A stretch of 64,000 bases of DNA, from NCBI RefSeq assembly GCF_024521635.1, contig NW_026250409.1, forward strand, positions 248,001 through 312,000, written 5' to 3'. This document shows positions 40,573 to 53,800 of the stretch, one piece after another. Origin of the DNA: Tricharina praecox (lineage: Eukaryota). The first letter of the stretch is position 1; each line of letters begins with the position of its first letter. Below the pieces are notes generated by a model, which had not been told where the DNA came from, ran no database searches, and saw nothing but the letters and a program-made list of their open reading frames with translations. A program made the translations under genes and the position numbers.

Positions 40573-43500
40573 GTTTGTGGCAAAGTCGGTGAAGATGGGG
40601 TGGAGGGGTACTAGGAAAGAAGCCAGTCACAAATGCGAGAGAAGGCCCGAAGAATTGTTGCTGAAGAACTGTATATGTCGAATATCGAGCGGAAGTTCAG
40701 TATCAGAAGGAGGTCGTTTCCGGGTGGATGTGTCGAGTATAAGGAAGAAATCCATCAAGTTACGAAGTGAAAGTTATAAAGGTGGGCCATCACGGTCGCT
40801 GCGTTGGGACGCTGCCTGACGCAGTCTCAAAGACTCTATTCATGGGTCGGTGGTGAATTTTCGGGGACACTGGTGAATGGGATGGCCAGGCGTCCCCACT
40901 AACCTCTAGTTGGACGAGTATCAACTCGGAATATATTTCGTGCATGTGGCGGGACAAGTTTGCAGCGGGTTTTTGTGATGGGAGGTGACATGTGACCGTT
41001 CTCTGTCGTCACGTGAGATGTAACCTCGTGACGACAGCCTCGGCCGTAAGGTTGCAGTCTCGGCTCCTAAGTCTGGTTGACTTGGCGTCTTGGCAGGACG
41101 ACCAAGTCAAGAGCAAAGCCGAGAGCTTCCTTCTTTCACTTCTGTTCATCACTTTGCTTCTTCTTCTTTCTGTACGCAATAACAACGTTCTTCTTCACAC
41201 TTCTTCGAAACCTTCTCCCACTTGCTCTCCCGCATCTCTTTTCCCTGTCCTCAAGACTCTCTCATCATCACCTCCTTCATCCGTTCTCACCCTCTCCCCT
41301 AATCTCTCGACGGTTCGTCCTTCATCTTTCGTCTCCCTGACGATTCGTCATTACCTCCATCATCATCTCGACGGTTTTTCATTCCCTTTTTCATCTCCCC
41401 GACGATTCGTCATCCCGTTTCCTGCCGAGCCACGTGCTCTCTCGCCTTGGCTCGCGCACCTCGAGGCTCAGCCTCCTCACAGTTTGGTGAGCGCCACAAT
41501 ACCTGCGCCACATATAGCGTTCCCATTCAGACCCCAATGCGGTAAAAGATCTTCGTTTTTGTAGGGTTATACATGGATCCTAACTGACTTTAGCGTGAGC
41601 AGGAAACCGCGGGACTGTCAACAACCCTCCCGCTGCAGGGAGATTGCAGAGCAATCAACACCCCTGCGGGGTTGTCTGAAGCTTCAGCTCTGGCCGTTTT
41701 CACGCTCCTCTGTGAGGATTTGGACTTTCGCATTCCGGCGCCTCAGCATCAGGGAATATCACTCATCACAGCGAAGGCTCGGATGGCAGCTGGTGGGCTC
41801 GGCGATTTAAGGGCTGAGTTCGATGTTTGCGAACATGCTAGATGCACGGCAGCAGTAGCAGCAAGCGGGGCTCCAATCCCAACCTGGACGAGATGGGATC
41901 GATGTGATGGATCCACAGTTCGTTCTCAAATGTGATGGTACGGCGTTGAGTCCCTCCCCCCACCCCATCTCATCTTGCAGATATCCAGCAAGCAAGCTGC
42001 ACCGCTAACCCGCAGCCGTACGATAGGTTCGAGGAAAATATGTTTTCTCCGTCCTGCGGATTCATCATCCAAGCTGATCCCCGTGGTGATGGCGTCCGTG
42101 CAGTTTGCACACCCCCTTTCGGTCCGTTAATTCACGCCAGGGAGCCTACTACGATCAGCTGGTAAGCATACCTACATACATTGCGCTTGTAGGCTGTTAC
42201 CCAGCAAACTTACAACCCGGGTCCCGTCGGTTACGCGAAAATGGCAAGCGAGAGCAAGTGAAGGATTGGCGCTCGATGAGGAATGCAGCATGCTGTCCGG
42301 AGATTCAGATAAGGTTGTCCCGGGAGAGAGCGGTCGTACCGGGTGCATTCGTCACTAATCACCGCACTAGCGATCAGCTCGGAAGCGAGGTGCCTATCGG
42401 GTATCTCTGTAAGCGTAGTTGGTCGTTGCGTGAAGCCTGGAGTGTGCCCTGGATTGGTGATGCTGGTTTCCCGTCGCCAACCGACTGATCTCGCCCGTCC
42501 TCAGCTGCAGTAATCGAGTATTGAGAGGCCCTCGACGGGTACGAGAAATGTAGAACGTGATTCAATTGAAACGAGAGAAGAAAAGAGGTCTGTGAACTTT
42601 TGGGAATATCTGCGGTGGTTGGTAATGTCTGATGTGTTGAACAAGAGACGGACCGACAAGACCAACAGAAAAGCAGCAACAGAAAACAATTCAATGCTCA
42701 ACGACCGCACCGGGGCTACCCGCCATAACACATGAGCCGCTCCATACCACTGCTTGCCGCAACGCAGAGGCGCCTCGACCCCCGCGCTCCCTCACCAACA
42801 GACCAACCTCGCCCGTCCTCGGCTACAGCAATCAAGTACCGATGTACATACGCTTGGCCAAGAACTGACGCACGCTCACTAGTGTTGACAATCGGCGGAG
42901 ACAGACTCCGTGTCGTGAATATCCCTAGCAAGCGAGAATTTTGCACGTGAGAATCGAATACCTATTAAGGATATGAATCTCCCGTGAGTTGATAGAGCCA
43001 GAGCTAGAGTTAGAGTTAGATGCGGTGTCCAGGAGAGGGTGAGAAGAGGCGTAGGGTAGGGAACATTGTCGTAAACGTTGCTGAATAGTAGAGCTAGGTC
43101 GAACAGTTTACCATGATAGGTGCCTGGGCTAATACTCTGTGCACATGCAATCACCCGGTTTTTCTGGATCGTGCCAAAAGAAGTTTCTAGTTTCCAACCA
43201 TGCTGCGATCGCGGTTCGCATGCATGCAACAAAAACTCTGTGATCCCTTGCTTCGTATCGGTTTGCGCGGACTGGTGCTCCGCATTGCTCTGAATTATAC
43301 CAGCTTCACGTGCAACCTGCAACTGTTGTTGATCCGCAAATCCAGCACATATTCATCCTCTTTCCCAGTCTCTGCGGATCCAGAACTGGGGAGACGACTG
43401 AAATAGTATCATCACTGTGGCCGCTGGGCGACAGGATGATACAGCCAGTTTACCTAATGGTTGTGTTCACTGCGAGTGATCATTCCATGGAGCAAAAGCT

Positions 43501-46500
43501 TACGGCGTCTGTTCGACAATTCAGATCTCGGGAATCCCCTCACTCCAACCCATCACCTACCGGTATTCAATTAGTAATTCGGCTTCCCTCCATAGAGGGA
43601 ATATCGCAGCACATATCACCAACCCCGCCGCCGCTGCACACCTGTGGGTGAGCGAGCGGAAGAGACCCTTTCCATGGCCTCGAGCAGATTTATCGTTCGC
43701 ACGAGTGGAGCGAGTGGTACATACAAGTTCTCACTCGTCCCAACCACACCCCATACCGTCACCGACATTCCGCTCGGGATCATAGCATCACCGCATCAGA
43801 TCTCGAACCCCACCTCTTCACTCATGCTTCATCATACGTCCTCCTAGTGCCCACCCACTGCCCACTGCCCACCCACTGCCCACCCACCGGCTAAAACTTT
43901 GTCCAAAGCCAACCAACCGTTCCCCTTTGAGTCTTCCCCTTCGATCCACAAATGATATCATTCATATCATTCATATCACAACCCACACCTCTTCAGACTT
44001 CCATCTTAGAAAAACCTGCTCCGCGACTCCAGCAACTGCCACGCCCCTCCAGAGTCCAGGATCGCCCAGCCTTTGTACGTACTTCAGAATAATGAACACT
44101 CTACTATGATAGTATAATAGGCAGTATATTCCGAGTGCACTCACCCCGGCTCCGCGTCCGCGTATCGGATCGGATGCCCACACTGTTCAATGTCCACTGT
44201 CCACTATCCGTCCCATCCGTCAGTAGATGGGGAGGGGGTACCCGCAGTTCTGGATAATTGAATTTGATTTTTTTTCCACGGAACTTCTAGACGTGGGGAG
44301 GAGAGGGGATCGTCATATCAGGCTTCAGCCGATGTCTCGGATTACGATAACTAGGCAGGTAGGTAGGTATCTTGGGGTTATCGAAGACGATGTGATACCG
44401 GTATATACGCTGGAGAAAAAAAGCGTCATCGGCGGAGTAGAGTACGGGGAGGGGAAGGCGAGATCAGGCTGTCCTTGGAATTTGGAACGCTCGATACCGG
44501 GCCGCGGTTGAGCCTGCCCTGCCCTGCCTACCTGCTTGCCGGGTCGGTGCCATGACACAAAAGCCCCCCCCCTCCAAAAAAGTCCATCTATGTACATACA
44601 AATTATGTAGAATACCGGAACGTTTTGTGTTGCCTCGCTTGCCCTCATCCCCCCGCGCGCGCAGTCAACGGCGCAGTTCGATTCCAGATCTGACAAATCC
44701 CCCACCCCCCACCCCTCGCCTCACCACGAGTGATCGATGCGCATTTATCCCGAGGCTAAAGCCCAGTCCTCTGGTACCTACTCTACTCTACATACTCTAG
44801 GCCCGGGGAGGATCTGAAGCACTAGCGGTCTCATCATCGCTCCTGGGGGGAAGCCGGAAGTTTTTTGCTTTTTTTTGCGTGGAAGGTAGGTGGTAGGTAG
44901 AAGGTGGAAGGTAGAAGGTGGAAGGTGCACGTGGAAGGTGGGAGATGCCTTCCTTCCGGACGGGACAGGATACACGCTGGCGATAACCAGCCTTAGACCT
45001 TGGTTACCTGGTAACTACGGCTCTTGCCTATGGTGTAGATTTTGTGTAGAGTAAAATTTGTTAGGCGCGACTCCGTCCGCCACGAGCGAGGAAGAGCACA
45101 CATGATTCATGAAAGTTGAAAGGCGGTGGCGGGCCGTCCCAGTAAAACCCCACAATATCCGGGCCACCGACTATAGTATAGACTACCGGTCTACGGTAGT
45201 AGAGTACCCCGCTCCTTCCCAGCGGCGCCCTTTGCCGGAATTTGGAAACATTGAGTTTCTCGCCAGAACCTTTTGTGTTCTATGGGTGGATGAAGGCCTT
45301 CCCGTTTACCTGTTTACATGTTTACCTGTTTACCTACATCCTACACAGGTGCTATATACGGTAGTAGTTCCAAGGCATCCAACGAGCAACGAGGAACAAG
45401 CATCCATTTTGTCCCATCCAATCTCATCCCACCAAATCCCATCCTATTCTATCCCATCCCATCCCATCAGCCCAAGCGCGAGCCCCAGCGCTTCCACAAC
45501 CTGCACAATCTCCATGCTCCATCCCTGAGAGAAGGAAGAAAAAAATGGTCCACCACGGTCCACGGATACCGGTATCCAGAGCCTGGGTGGGAAATTTTAT
45601 ATCGTGAGTCTTGGACTGGCTGGACACTGCAATCCTCCGCTTACACGGGGGACAAATCCAGTTCATGAGCGCTGTCGCCCCCCGGATCCCAGTCAAGGCT
45701 GTAATACCGTAATACCGCAATACTGTAATACCGTATGTACATACAACGGTCTGTGATGAAGGTGAAGGGTGCAGCGGTTCCCTCTCTCTCCCCGCTCGAT
45801 ACCTAGTCCATGGCGCCCGTATCGATATCGGCGGTTAGCGTTGGCCGAGTCGTGGCTGTCTGTTTTTCTGATTGTTTGTTAATCCAAGTAACGGTAACTC
45901 GATGAGATCTGAGGGGGGCAATTTTAAACAGCAGCGAGCTCTCAGCTTACAGTCACGCTGCACGCACGATATTGCGAGGAACTCACTCAGACTAAGACTC
46001 AGACTTAGACTCGGACGGGAAGACGGGAAGACGGGAAGACGGGAAGACAGGATTCGAATTTAGAAATGGCTCTGGGAGAATCGCAATGAACCCGGACACG
46101 GCGCGGTAATCGGCTAGGCCGATACTTTGAATGCCGGATGCCGAGATGGTTGGGAATACCTAGATGAAACTCCTGGATAGATGGATGGATGGATGGATGG
46201 ATGGTCGGAAAAGTGGTCGGGTGGTCGGATGGTCGGGCCCAGATCATGAGGTGTCACTCTACTAGTTATATAGTAGCGCGGCTTCTTCATGAGCACAGAG
46301 GTACATAACTCTCCCGGCATGGGTTGTTTCTTCGCGCTCATCTTATATAACATATCATACATACGAGCTGAAGAGGCATTGCCAGACTCCTGTGGTGTGA
46401 CTTCGTCGTTGTTGTTGTCGTTGTTGTAGCGCGCGGCCAGGTCTCCGGCCGGAACGCCACGCCAGGCCACGCCACGCAGCGCTCAATCTCCAGTCTCCAG

Positions 46501-48477
46501 CTCAGTTGACCGGGCCATAAGCCCCAATATCATCCAGGTGGAGTACATGCATACCCAAGTACCTGTGTATAATCTACGGTACATCACCAGGTACAGGTAT
46601 GTACTCGGTGTACTATACCCGGCAGCTGCTAAGCAACTAACTAGGTAGAGCAGAGTACCCAGTTAACGCTCACGGCAATCAGGAAGCCCGCTAGGGCAGA
46701 GCGTCTTACGCATGGAGCATATACTCCGATGACTTTCGAGCGCGGTATGTACTACTCTACCAGTAGTATGTACCATCTACGTTAATATCGCCAGAGAAGG
46801 CACATGGCACGTGGCACGTGGGATGGGAGATGTGCAAGCACGCTATGTAGAGTCGATAGAGTAGTTGCTATGTACTAGATTGAGTAGAGCATCCGCCGGC
46901 GACCGATTGGTGGTGGCGGCCGATTGGTGGTTGTAGATAGGTGGTGATGGTGGTTGGTGATGGTGGTTGGTAGTGGTGGCGCACCTATGTGCGTGCGTCT
47001 TGGGGATATTCTGAAGCAAGCACTAGTTGAGTAAAGTACCTAGAGTAGAGTAGAGGGGACCTGAAACCACCGCCAAGGTGTTGGAGGTTTTGCCGGGGGC
47101 GGGGAGCAGGGGCCTGTAACCGCAGGGCTGGGGGGGAGGGAGGGAGAGAGTTATGTGCGACATCGATGCGATTCCGCCAGGTGCCTGGTGGGGTGGAGTG
47201 TTGCAACTTGCAGCGGTACATACCGGTACCTAATTTATCTACTCCAGCTAGACATCACAACTATGGTTCTCGCGAGTCGCGGGGGACAACAGCGTTCAAT
47301 CCGCAAGCGTGAGCGGGGTACCTACTCTGGTACACACGGTACCTTCCTCACCTGTGCGGGCACCAGCAGGAGCGACATCACCGGCGACATCATCCCCATC
47401 CCCATCGCTAGAGCACTGCACTCTACATAGCCGCCGAACAAAAAAGAAAAAAGGCCCGATGATGGAAATCCACTATATCTGAAGCAGCCATCAACAACCG
47501 CCTTGGCTCTTCCATAGCCCTTGGTTCGAACTTCGGGCCCGCTGGCCACTGGTGGGCCGGACGGAAGCTCTCGCGAGTCGCTTGTGCTAGGTATAGTAGA
47601 TAAGCGAGGCTTGCTTACCTACATAATTTGCGCATACGCCTCTCTCACTCGCTGGATCACTCGCGGGCGCGCAGGCTCACCGCAGCACTCACTCACTCAC
47701 TCACCGCAGCGTCACGCCCGCGCCCACACTGTTCAGGCATACAGGCGTACATACCTACATAGGCGGTGTGGCGCCCCCCAAACACCCAACGGCATACTCG
47801 ACATGCGTGATAGTTGTGCTCAGTTGTACTCAGCTCAGCTCAGCTCGGATCTGCCCAGCTCCGTTCAGCCAGCCGTTTGATTCCTGTACTTTCTGCATAC
47901 ATAATGTATGTACAAGCCCTTTGCTGCACTGCTTTCTTTCTTTCTTTTTTCTTGGTTTTCTTTCCCTGGATAACACCCCTCCCAGCGATTACTATTTACA
48001 ATGCCGCCGCATACGTAGAGTACCTGCCTGCCTGCATGCGAGGCGAGCGGGAGTGGCTTTTGGCGATTTCGACGGCCGGGGGGCCTCGAATTGAATTGTC
48101 GGTTTAGAAAAAGCTGTATTTACTGCATTTACCGCATTCACAACGGAACGGGTCTTTATGTTGGCAATGCGGATGCGGAATATGGTCAGAGGACTGTATA
48201 TCAATTTTAGGATGACACTGTCATACTACCTAGTAGCGATTGACCGTACAATTATACCGTACTCTAATAGCTGTATGCGCACCGTAGCGGCGTTGGCGGC
48301 TGTCTCGTCTCGACACTGACCCGACACTGACTCGCCGCTACAGCCTACAGCCTACAACCTACAGGCCGGTAGGTGTCCGATCGTTGTTATACCACCGCCC
48401 CGCCAGGGCCGCCACCGCCCCATACACATCCCCACACCCATACCCATAATCATATTATACATATCCATATCCATGAT

Positions 48478-48560
48478 CTCCACTCTTCACTCTCCACTCT
48501 TCACTCTCCACTCTTCACTCTCCACTCTTCACTCTCCACTCTTCACTCTCCACTCCTCAC
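48478..48560 (+). repeat. 14-bp minisatellite (CTCCACTCTTCACT)n
   Basis: Directly visible, about 6 units. Confidence 0.9.
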
Positions 48561-50727
48561 TCCCAAGCCAGCCGGCCGGCGGAGCAGGAGCAGGAGCAGG
48601 AACAGGAACAGGAAACGGTCGAAACCACGGACCACGGTCTCCCCAGCTCTCCCCAGCTCTCCCCGGCTCTCCCCGGCTCTACCTAGCTCTCCCCGGCTCT
48701 ACCTCGTTGTGACCATGGAAGGGAGAAAACGTAAGTCGCCGAATGCGTTGTTTACCACCCGGCAGATACGAAAAAACAAAAACAAAAGCAAATGACTCGC
48801 GGGCAAGAGGGCGGCGACAAGTCCGTTGTCCGTGGCCCACTCGCCACTCGCCACTTTCTCGGCCGCGCCGGTGGTGTGCTAGGTAGGTGGGTACATAAGA
48901 TAAGGTAATGGACCGCGGCCGTGGTGATGGGTGATGGGTTGTGTGATGGGTCCCGGTCCCCGACGGACGGACGGACGACCACGACCATTGCCGGATCGGA
49001 TGGGGTGGAGTGGGAGCTGGGTGGGGCGGGTGAGCGATACAGGGGCAGGGCGGGCAGGGCAGGGCAGGTAGGTATTCCAAATCTGCCAACGCATCCATCT
49101 GTTCTTCGCTGTAGGTTAGTTACCGGGGAAAAGCTGGACTGCAAAGCTTCAATCACCGCTATCACTCGGGAGCCTCACTGGCTGGTCGCTGGCTGACTGG
49201 CCGCTTGCAAGAGTGCAAGCCTCGAAGAGGAGAAGAGGAGAACGCGTAAGCCAGTCCAGCCCCAAGCCTCAAGCCTCAAGGATCTTGTGACGAGAATCTT
49301 GCCGCCACACTCTCACACCCACACTCACACCCACACTCACACGGCAGGCTTTCGATGATCGATCCCCGAATTGATCCACGGTTCCCGCAGCTCCGTTTCC
49401 GTTTCCGATTCTCCCCTGGAGGAGTCTGAAGTCTGGACGGTGGACAGTGGACACATGACACCTCACCTGCGCTGCTGCGCATTAACGATCACACACATCA
49501 CACACACACACGCACACACACACATCCATCATCTCGATCATCCCAAGCCAACCATCCCATCTTATCCCATCCCCTCATCACCCCCGTCCCAACCCAACAG
49601 TGCTATGTAGGGGGGACGATGACCAGTCCTAGTTCTTGTTCTTGCCACTGACATGAGCTCGAGGTAGCCTGTAGGTATGTACACAGTGTAGCCGCAGCTT
49701 CCATACATAGCCACCCTTCCCCTCCCCCCTCAGTCCCCCCCTTCCCAGTCCCCCAGTCCACCAGTCCACCAGTCCCCAGCCCCAGTTCTCTCCCTCTCGC
49801 CACAGCGCTACAACCGCTGGCCAGGTCGGACTGAGTGTATGTGGCTATGTGTGTAGGATTTTCTGCATGGCATGATAGATTGTCGTTGGTTGGTCTGGTT
49901 GGTTGGTTTCCATGATCCTGTTGCCGCCGCTTTGAACTTTCCAAGGTCGGAGGGCTCAGGGAGGTGGACGGACAGGGCCGGCTTCAGTAAACCGCCGGCG
50001 AGTATGTATGTACATTGTACCCCGCCTGGCAGCGGCGGCGGCGGCGGGGGGGGGGGGGGGGGGGGGAGGAGTTGGAGGAGGAGGTGCACCTCACACTATC
50101 CATTGCCTTCCTCTCCCCCTCTCCCCTCCGTCCCCTCCCCCCTCCCCCTCCCCTCACCCCCCGTCACCCCCTCGTATACAGCAGTACTACCGAGAAGAAG
50201 AACGGAGTCCACGATCATGGCTATGACCATGACCTCAGAAACGGGGTTACTATGTTACGGGGGAGGGGGGGGGGCAGTGACTGGGGGGTTCGATCATGAA
50301 ACATCACCACGCATCTTCCCCCATCCATGCCATGCCATGCCATACCGGCTGACGGCGAGGTATGGGGAGTGGAAGGATGGAAGGAAGGGAGGGAGGAAGA
50401 CCATCCGCTAACCGGCCAGCGTACCTGACTAAACTAAACGTTTGATCCGCCACACAGCCCATCCACTTCCGTGCGTATAAACGGTTCTCTCCAGCCAGCT
50501 AGACTCCAGCATCCAACCAGCCAGATCATCAGCCAGCAGCCTCAACCAGAAGAAAAGTAGAAGAAAATCTAAACTCAGATCTCCATCTCCACCCATAACT
50601 ACCACACTCAGCACTGGCAGACTGGGCACTATGGCACAAGCCGAATGCTGATGTTGATGGTCAGTAAATCCAAGCAAGGCGTATTTAATTGGCTCTCTAT
50701 TAAACGCGAAAGGCTCAGTCGGTCAGT

Positions 50728-50812
50728 CAGTAGTTATACCCAGTCTGTAGTTATACCCAGTAGTAATACCCAGTAGTTATACTCGGTAGTAATACCTAGT
50801 AGTTATATCGAG
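50728..50812 (+). repeat. Degenerate 13-bp tandem repeat (CAGTAGTTATACC)
   Basis: About 6 imperfect units visible. Confidence 0.75.
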
Positions 50813-53800
50813 TAGTAGTGGTGCTATATCCAGTTCAGTTCAGTTCTTGGTGGTAGGTGGACAGGGCTCAGGACAGAGCCAGGGCAGGGCAGGGCAGGGC
50901 AGGGCAGGGCGCCGGACGGGCGACTAACTCAGTAGCTAGGTAGCTGGCAGTCTAGCAGTCTTCCTAGTAGAGTCCATGCCTAGCAGAGTTCATGGCTAGG
51001 TAGGCATGCAAAGCACCTATAAATAATTACGCTGGACTGCACTGCACTGGACTGTACGGATTATTTGATTCGAGAGCTCGCGCGCGCGGGTAGGGAAGGG
51101 AAGGGTGAGTGTGAGGATGGGATTGGGATTGGGATGAGGGTGAAGAATAGGTGGTGGAGGGAGGGAAGGTTCCGCCAGAGAATTTGCTGATGGAGCTTTC
51201 AGAGAGAAGGCGCGGGGGAGAGATGGGGGGGGGGATGGAGGGGAGGGATAGGTAATTCGGTTGAAACGCCCGCTGAAGGGTAGGGCACGCACTCGCACAC
51301 ACGGAGAGAGAAAGAGAGAGGGAAAGAGGGAAGCGGATGGGAACACACACACGCAACAGAGTAGGTACTCTACTCTACTGGGTATCAAGCGAGCGAGCGG
51401 AGGAGGATGCGAACGAAAGAGAAAGAGGGAAAAGATCGGGGACGATCGGTCGACAAGTATTGTACATACCGGTACTTGGGTAAGTGCTTAGTTCACGTAC
51501 ATACGGGAAAATCAGGCGATATAAAATCCCCGTGGATGGATATACTCTATGGGGCGGCGACAACGGCGGCGGCGGCGGCTCTCTCTCTCTCTCTCTTTGT
51601 TTGACCTACCCAGGTGCCCGGCCGCATTTCCGGATCCGCGTCGCCTCGGACTGACTGGTAGGGGGAAGCCTTTTCTTATTTTATTGCTATATCAACCGGT
51701 CGGTATAGGGAGCCAACAAAGAAGGCCACGGGCGATGGGGTCGGAGATGGGTACTCATGCTCAGACCCCTCATCGCCATCTCCATCGCCGCCGCCGGAAG
51801 TAGGGGCGGCGATCTCCCATCCCCATCCCCATCCCCATCTCCATCTTCATGCATTCTGGCCCGAGGTTATTGTAAAATATAATGAAAAATATGGCCACGA
51901 GTTCCCGGCCATATGACTTGGAGATGCCGATGGGTGCAGTTGCAGTGGCTCTGCAACCGGTCTCGCGGTGAAAGGTGAAAGGAGACCCACGACCCACGAG
52001 CCATGCAGTGCATGGTCCGCCGGAGAAGGATCCTTCCCTTCTTGTTTGTGAGAGCTCTGGATGTATGTACTCAAGTATTCCAAGCAGCCCAATTACTATG
52101 TATACCCAAGCAAAAGGCCAAGTATTACCAAGTATCAAAGTACCCACGCACAGATAAATATGGTGGCCCCGGGCGCCGATAGAGTAGAGTACATAGATCG
52201 AATCTCATGCCGGGCGTTGCCAATTGCAAGTATGACAACTACCGGTATGTAATGTCATGTTGCCCGCATACATACCGTATTATTATTCGGTGGACGTTCG
52301 GCGTTCGGTCGGAGGTACAATACGGTACATAGGAGCCTTGGCTCGGATTGGCCAGTAATTATTTCTAGTTGGTAGAAATGGCAACTGACTAATTATTGGT
52401 TAGAAATCAAAGGTGGACTCGCGGGACAAACAGTAGTTACGGAGACCATCATGCAAAAACACAATGCAGCCACATGCCAGCCGCAACGACGAGACGACGA
52501 CGGCTCATGCACTTCCGATTCGTTGCCGCCTGCCGACACCCAGCAGGTGGCTTGACTGTGAATCTGCGAGTCTGCAAGTCTGCGACCGGCTGCAGAGTTT
52601 CTACATACATATCCACCCGTATTTACATGGGCTAGTCACTGGGAATAGGGCGGATAGGCGTCATGGTGCCTGATTCGACCGTTGTACGGATCGGACCTAG
52701 AGCACCTGAATATGTAGATGCACTCGGCGAGGCCAGTCATCAATGACAAGAAAAAGAGAAAAAATAGCAACAACGGACGGGAGTTGTCGAGAGCGAGCGC
52801 GAAGGACTCCGCACATATGTACCATACATAGTCGTCGGTCAAGGGGTACGGATGCAGGCGCGTGTTTCACGTTCGATACCTCCTGGCCAGTCGGGAGAAG
52901 GCAGGGCAGTGCTGCCAGTGCAGGGCGCGAACGAACAACAAGAAGAAGAACAAGAAGCAGAAGAAGATGGATGTGGGAAGCAAAGCGAGCCACACACACT
53001 CCGCTCGTCGTTCCTGACCGACCTGTCAGAGTTTCGGCCTCACAGGAAGGGCAGAGGAAAGATGTGCAGAAGGAGAAGAGGGCGGCGTGAGTCGTGATGA
53101 TGATGCGCATCCGGGCTCGAGGGATGGAGCCCACCTATTACCGGAACGCACACACCTTTTTCCTTTTCCCCCTCTCTTTTTCCTTCTCTTTCTCTCCTCT
53201 CTTTCTCTCTCATTGTGGCAGTTGCATGCCCGGAGGATGGAGACGGGGTGTGTTCGTGCGTGTGTAGGTACATACTCTACTCACAAGTGGGTACATGCCC
53301 CCTATTTCCGAGATGCATTGTTGAATCTCCGGTAGGCGAGGACTCGGGAGATGTCGAAATGGAACTCCTGGCTGGCCGCCTCCTCCTATTCCTCCTCCTG
53401 GCCTCACGACATTCCTCTCGGCCCTCCGTTTGTTGCAGTTGGTAGATCACGATGCCACGATGGTGTAATAGTATCCACCGCGAATCCGTGCATAAGTACT
53501 TGCCTTTGTGGCTGGGTGCCCGGTGCACAAGTATCAGTGACAAACAAAGAGCGATAGAGAGATAGAGAGACGGAGAGAGACGGCAGCCACTCTATTGCAG
53601 AACAGTTGTGGATAGAGTGGCCTACATGTATCTGGAGTGCATAGTACTTTGGTATATACATACGCTCACGGCGGACTGCCCTTTCGAGGTCCAATGACTG
53701 GTCGCGAGAATCTGCTACACTAGTGAAAGCAGGAGAAGGTCTGTTTGATCATCGGACTGGGTGGAAGCCAAGTTTCCCTGAGGTTAGTTAGGCTGTACAT

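Noticed and set aside
44660..44695. GTTCGATTCC T-loop-like motif suggesting a tRNA
   Set aside because: No cloverleaf stems or A-box around it
50297..52869. Two Ste12 pheromone-response elements (TGAAACA at 50297, TGTTTCA at 52863) between STE3 and STE12
   Set aside because: About two hits are expected by chance in 15 kb on both strands; they are neither clustered nor near either ATG
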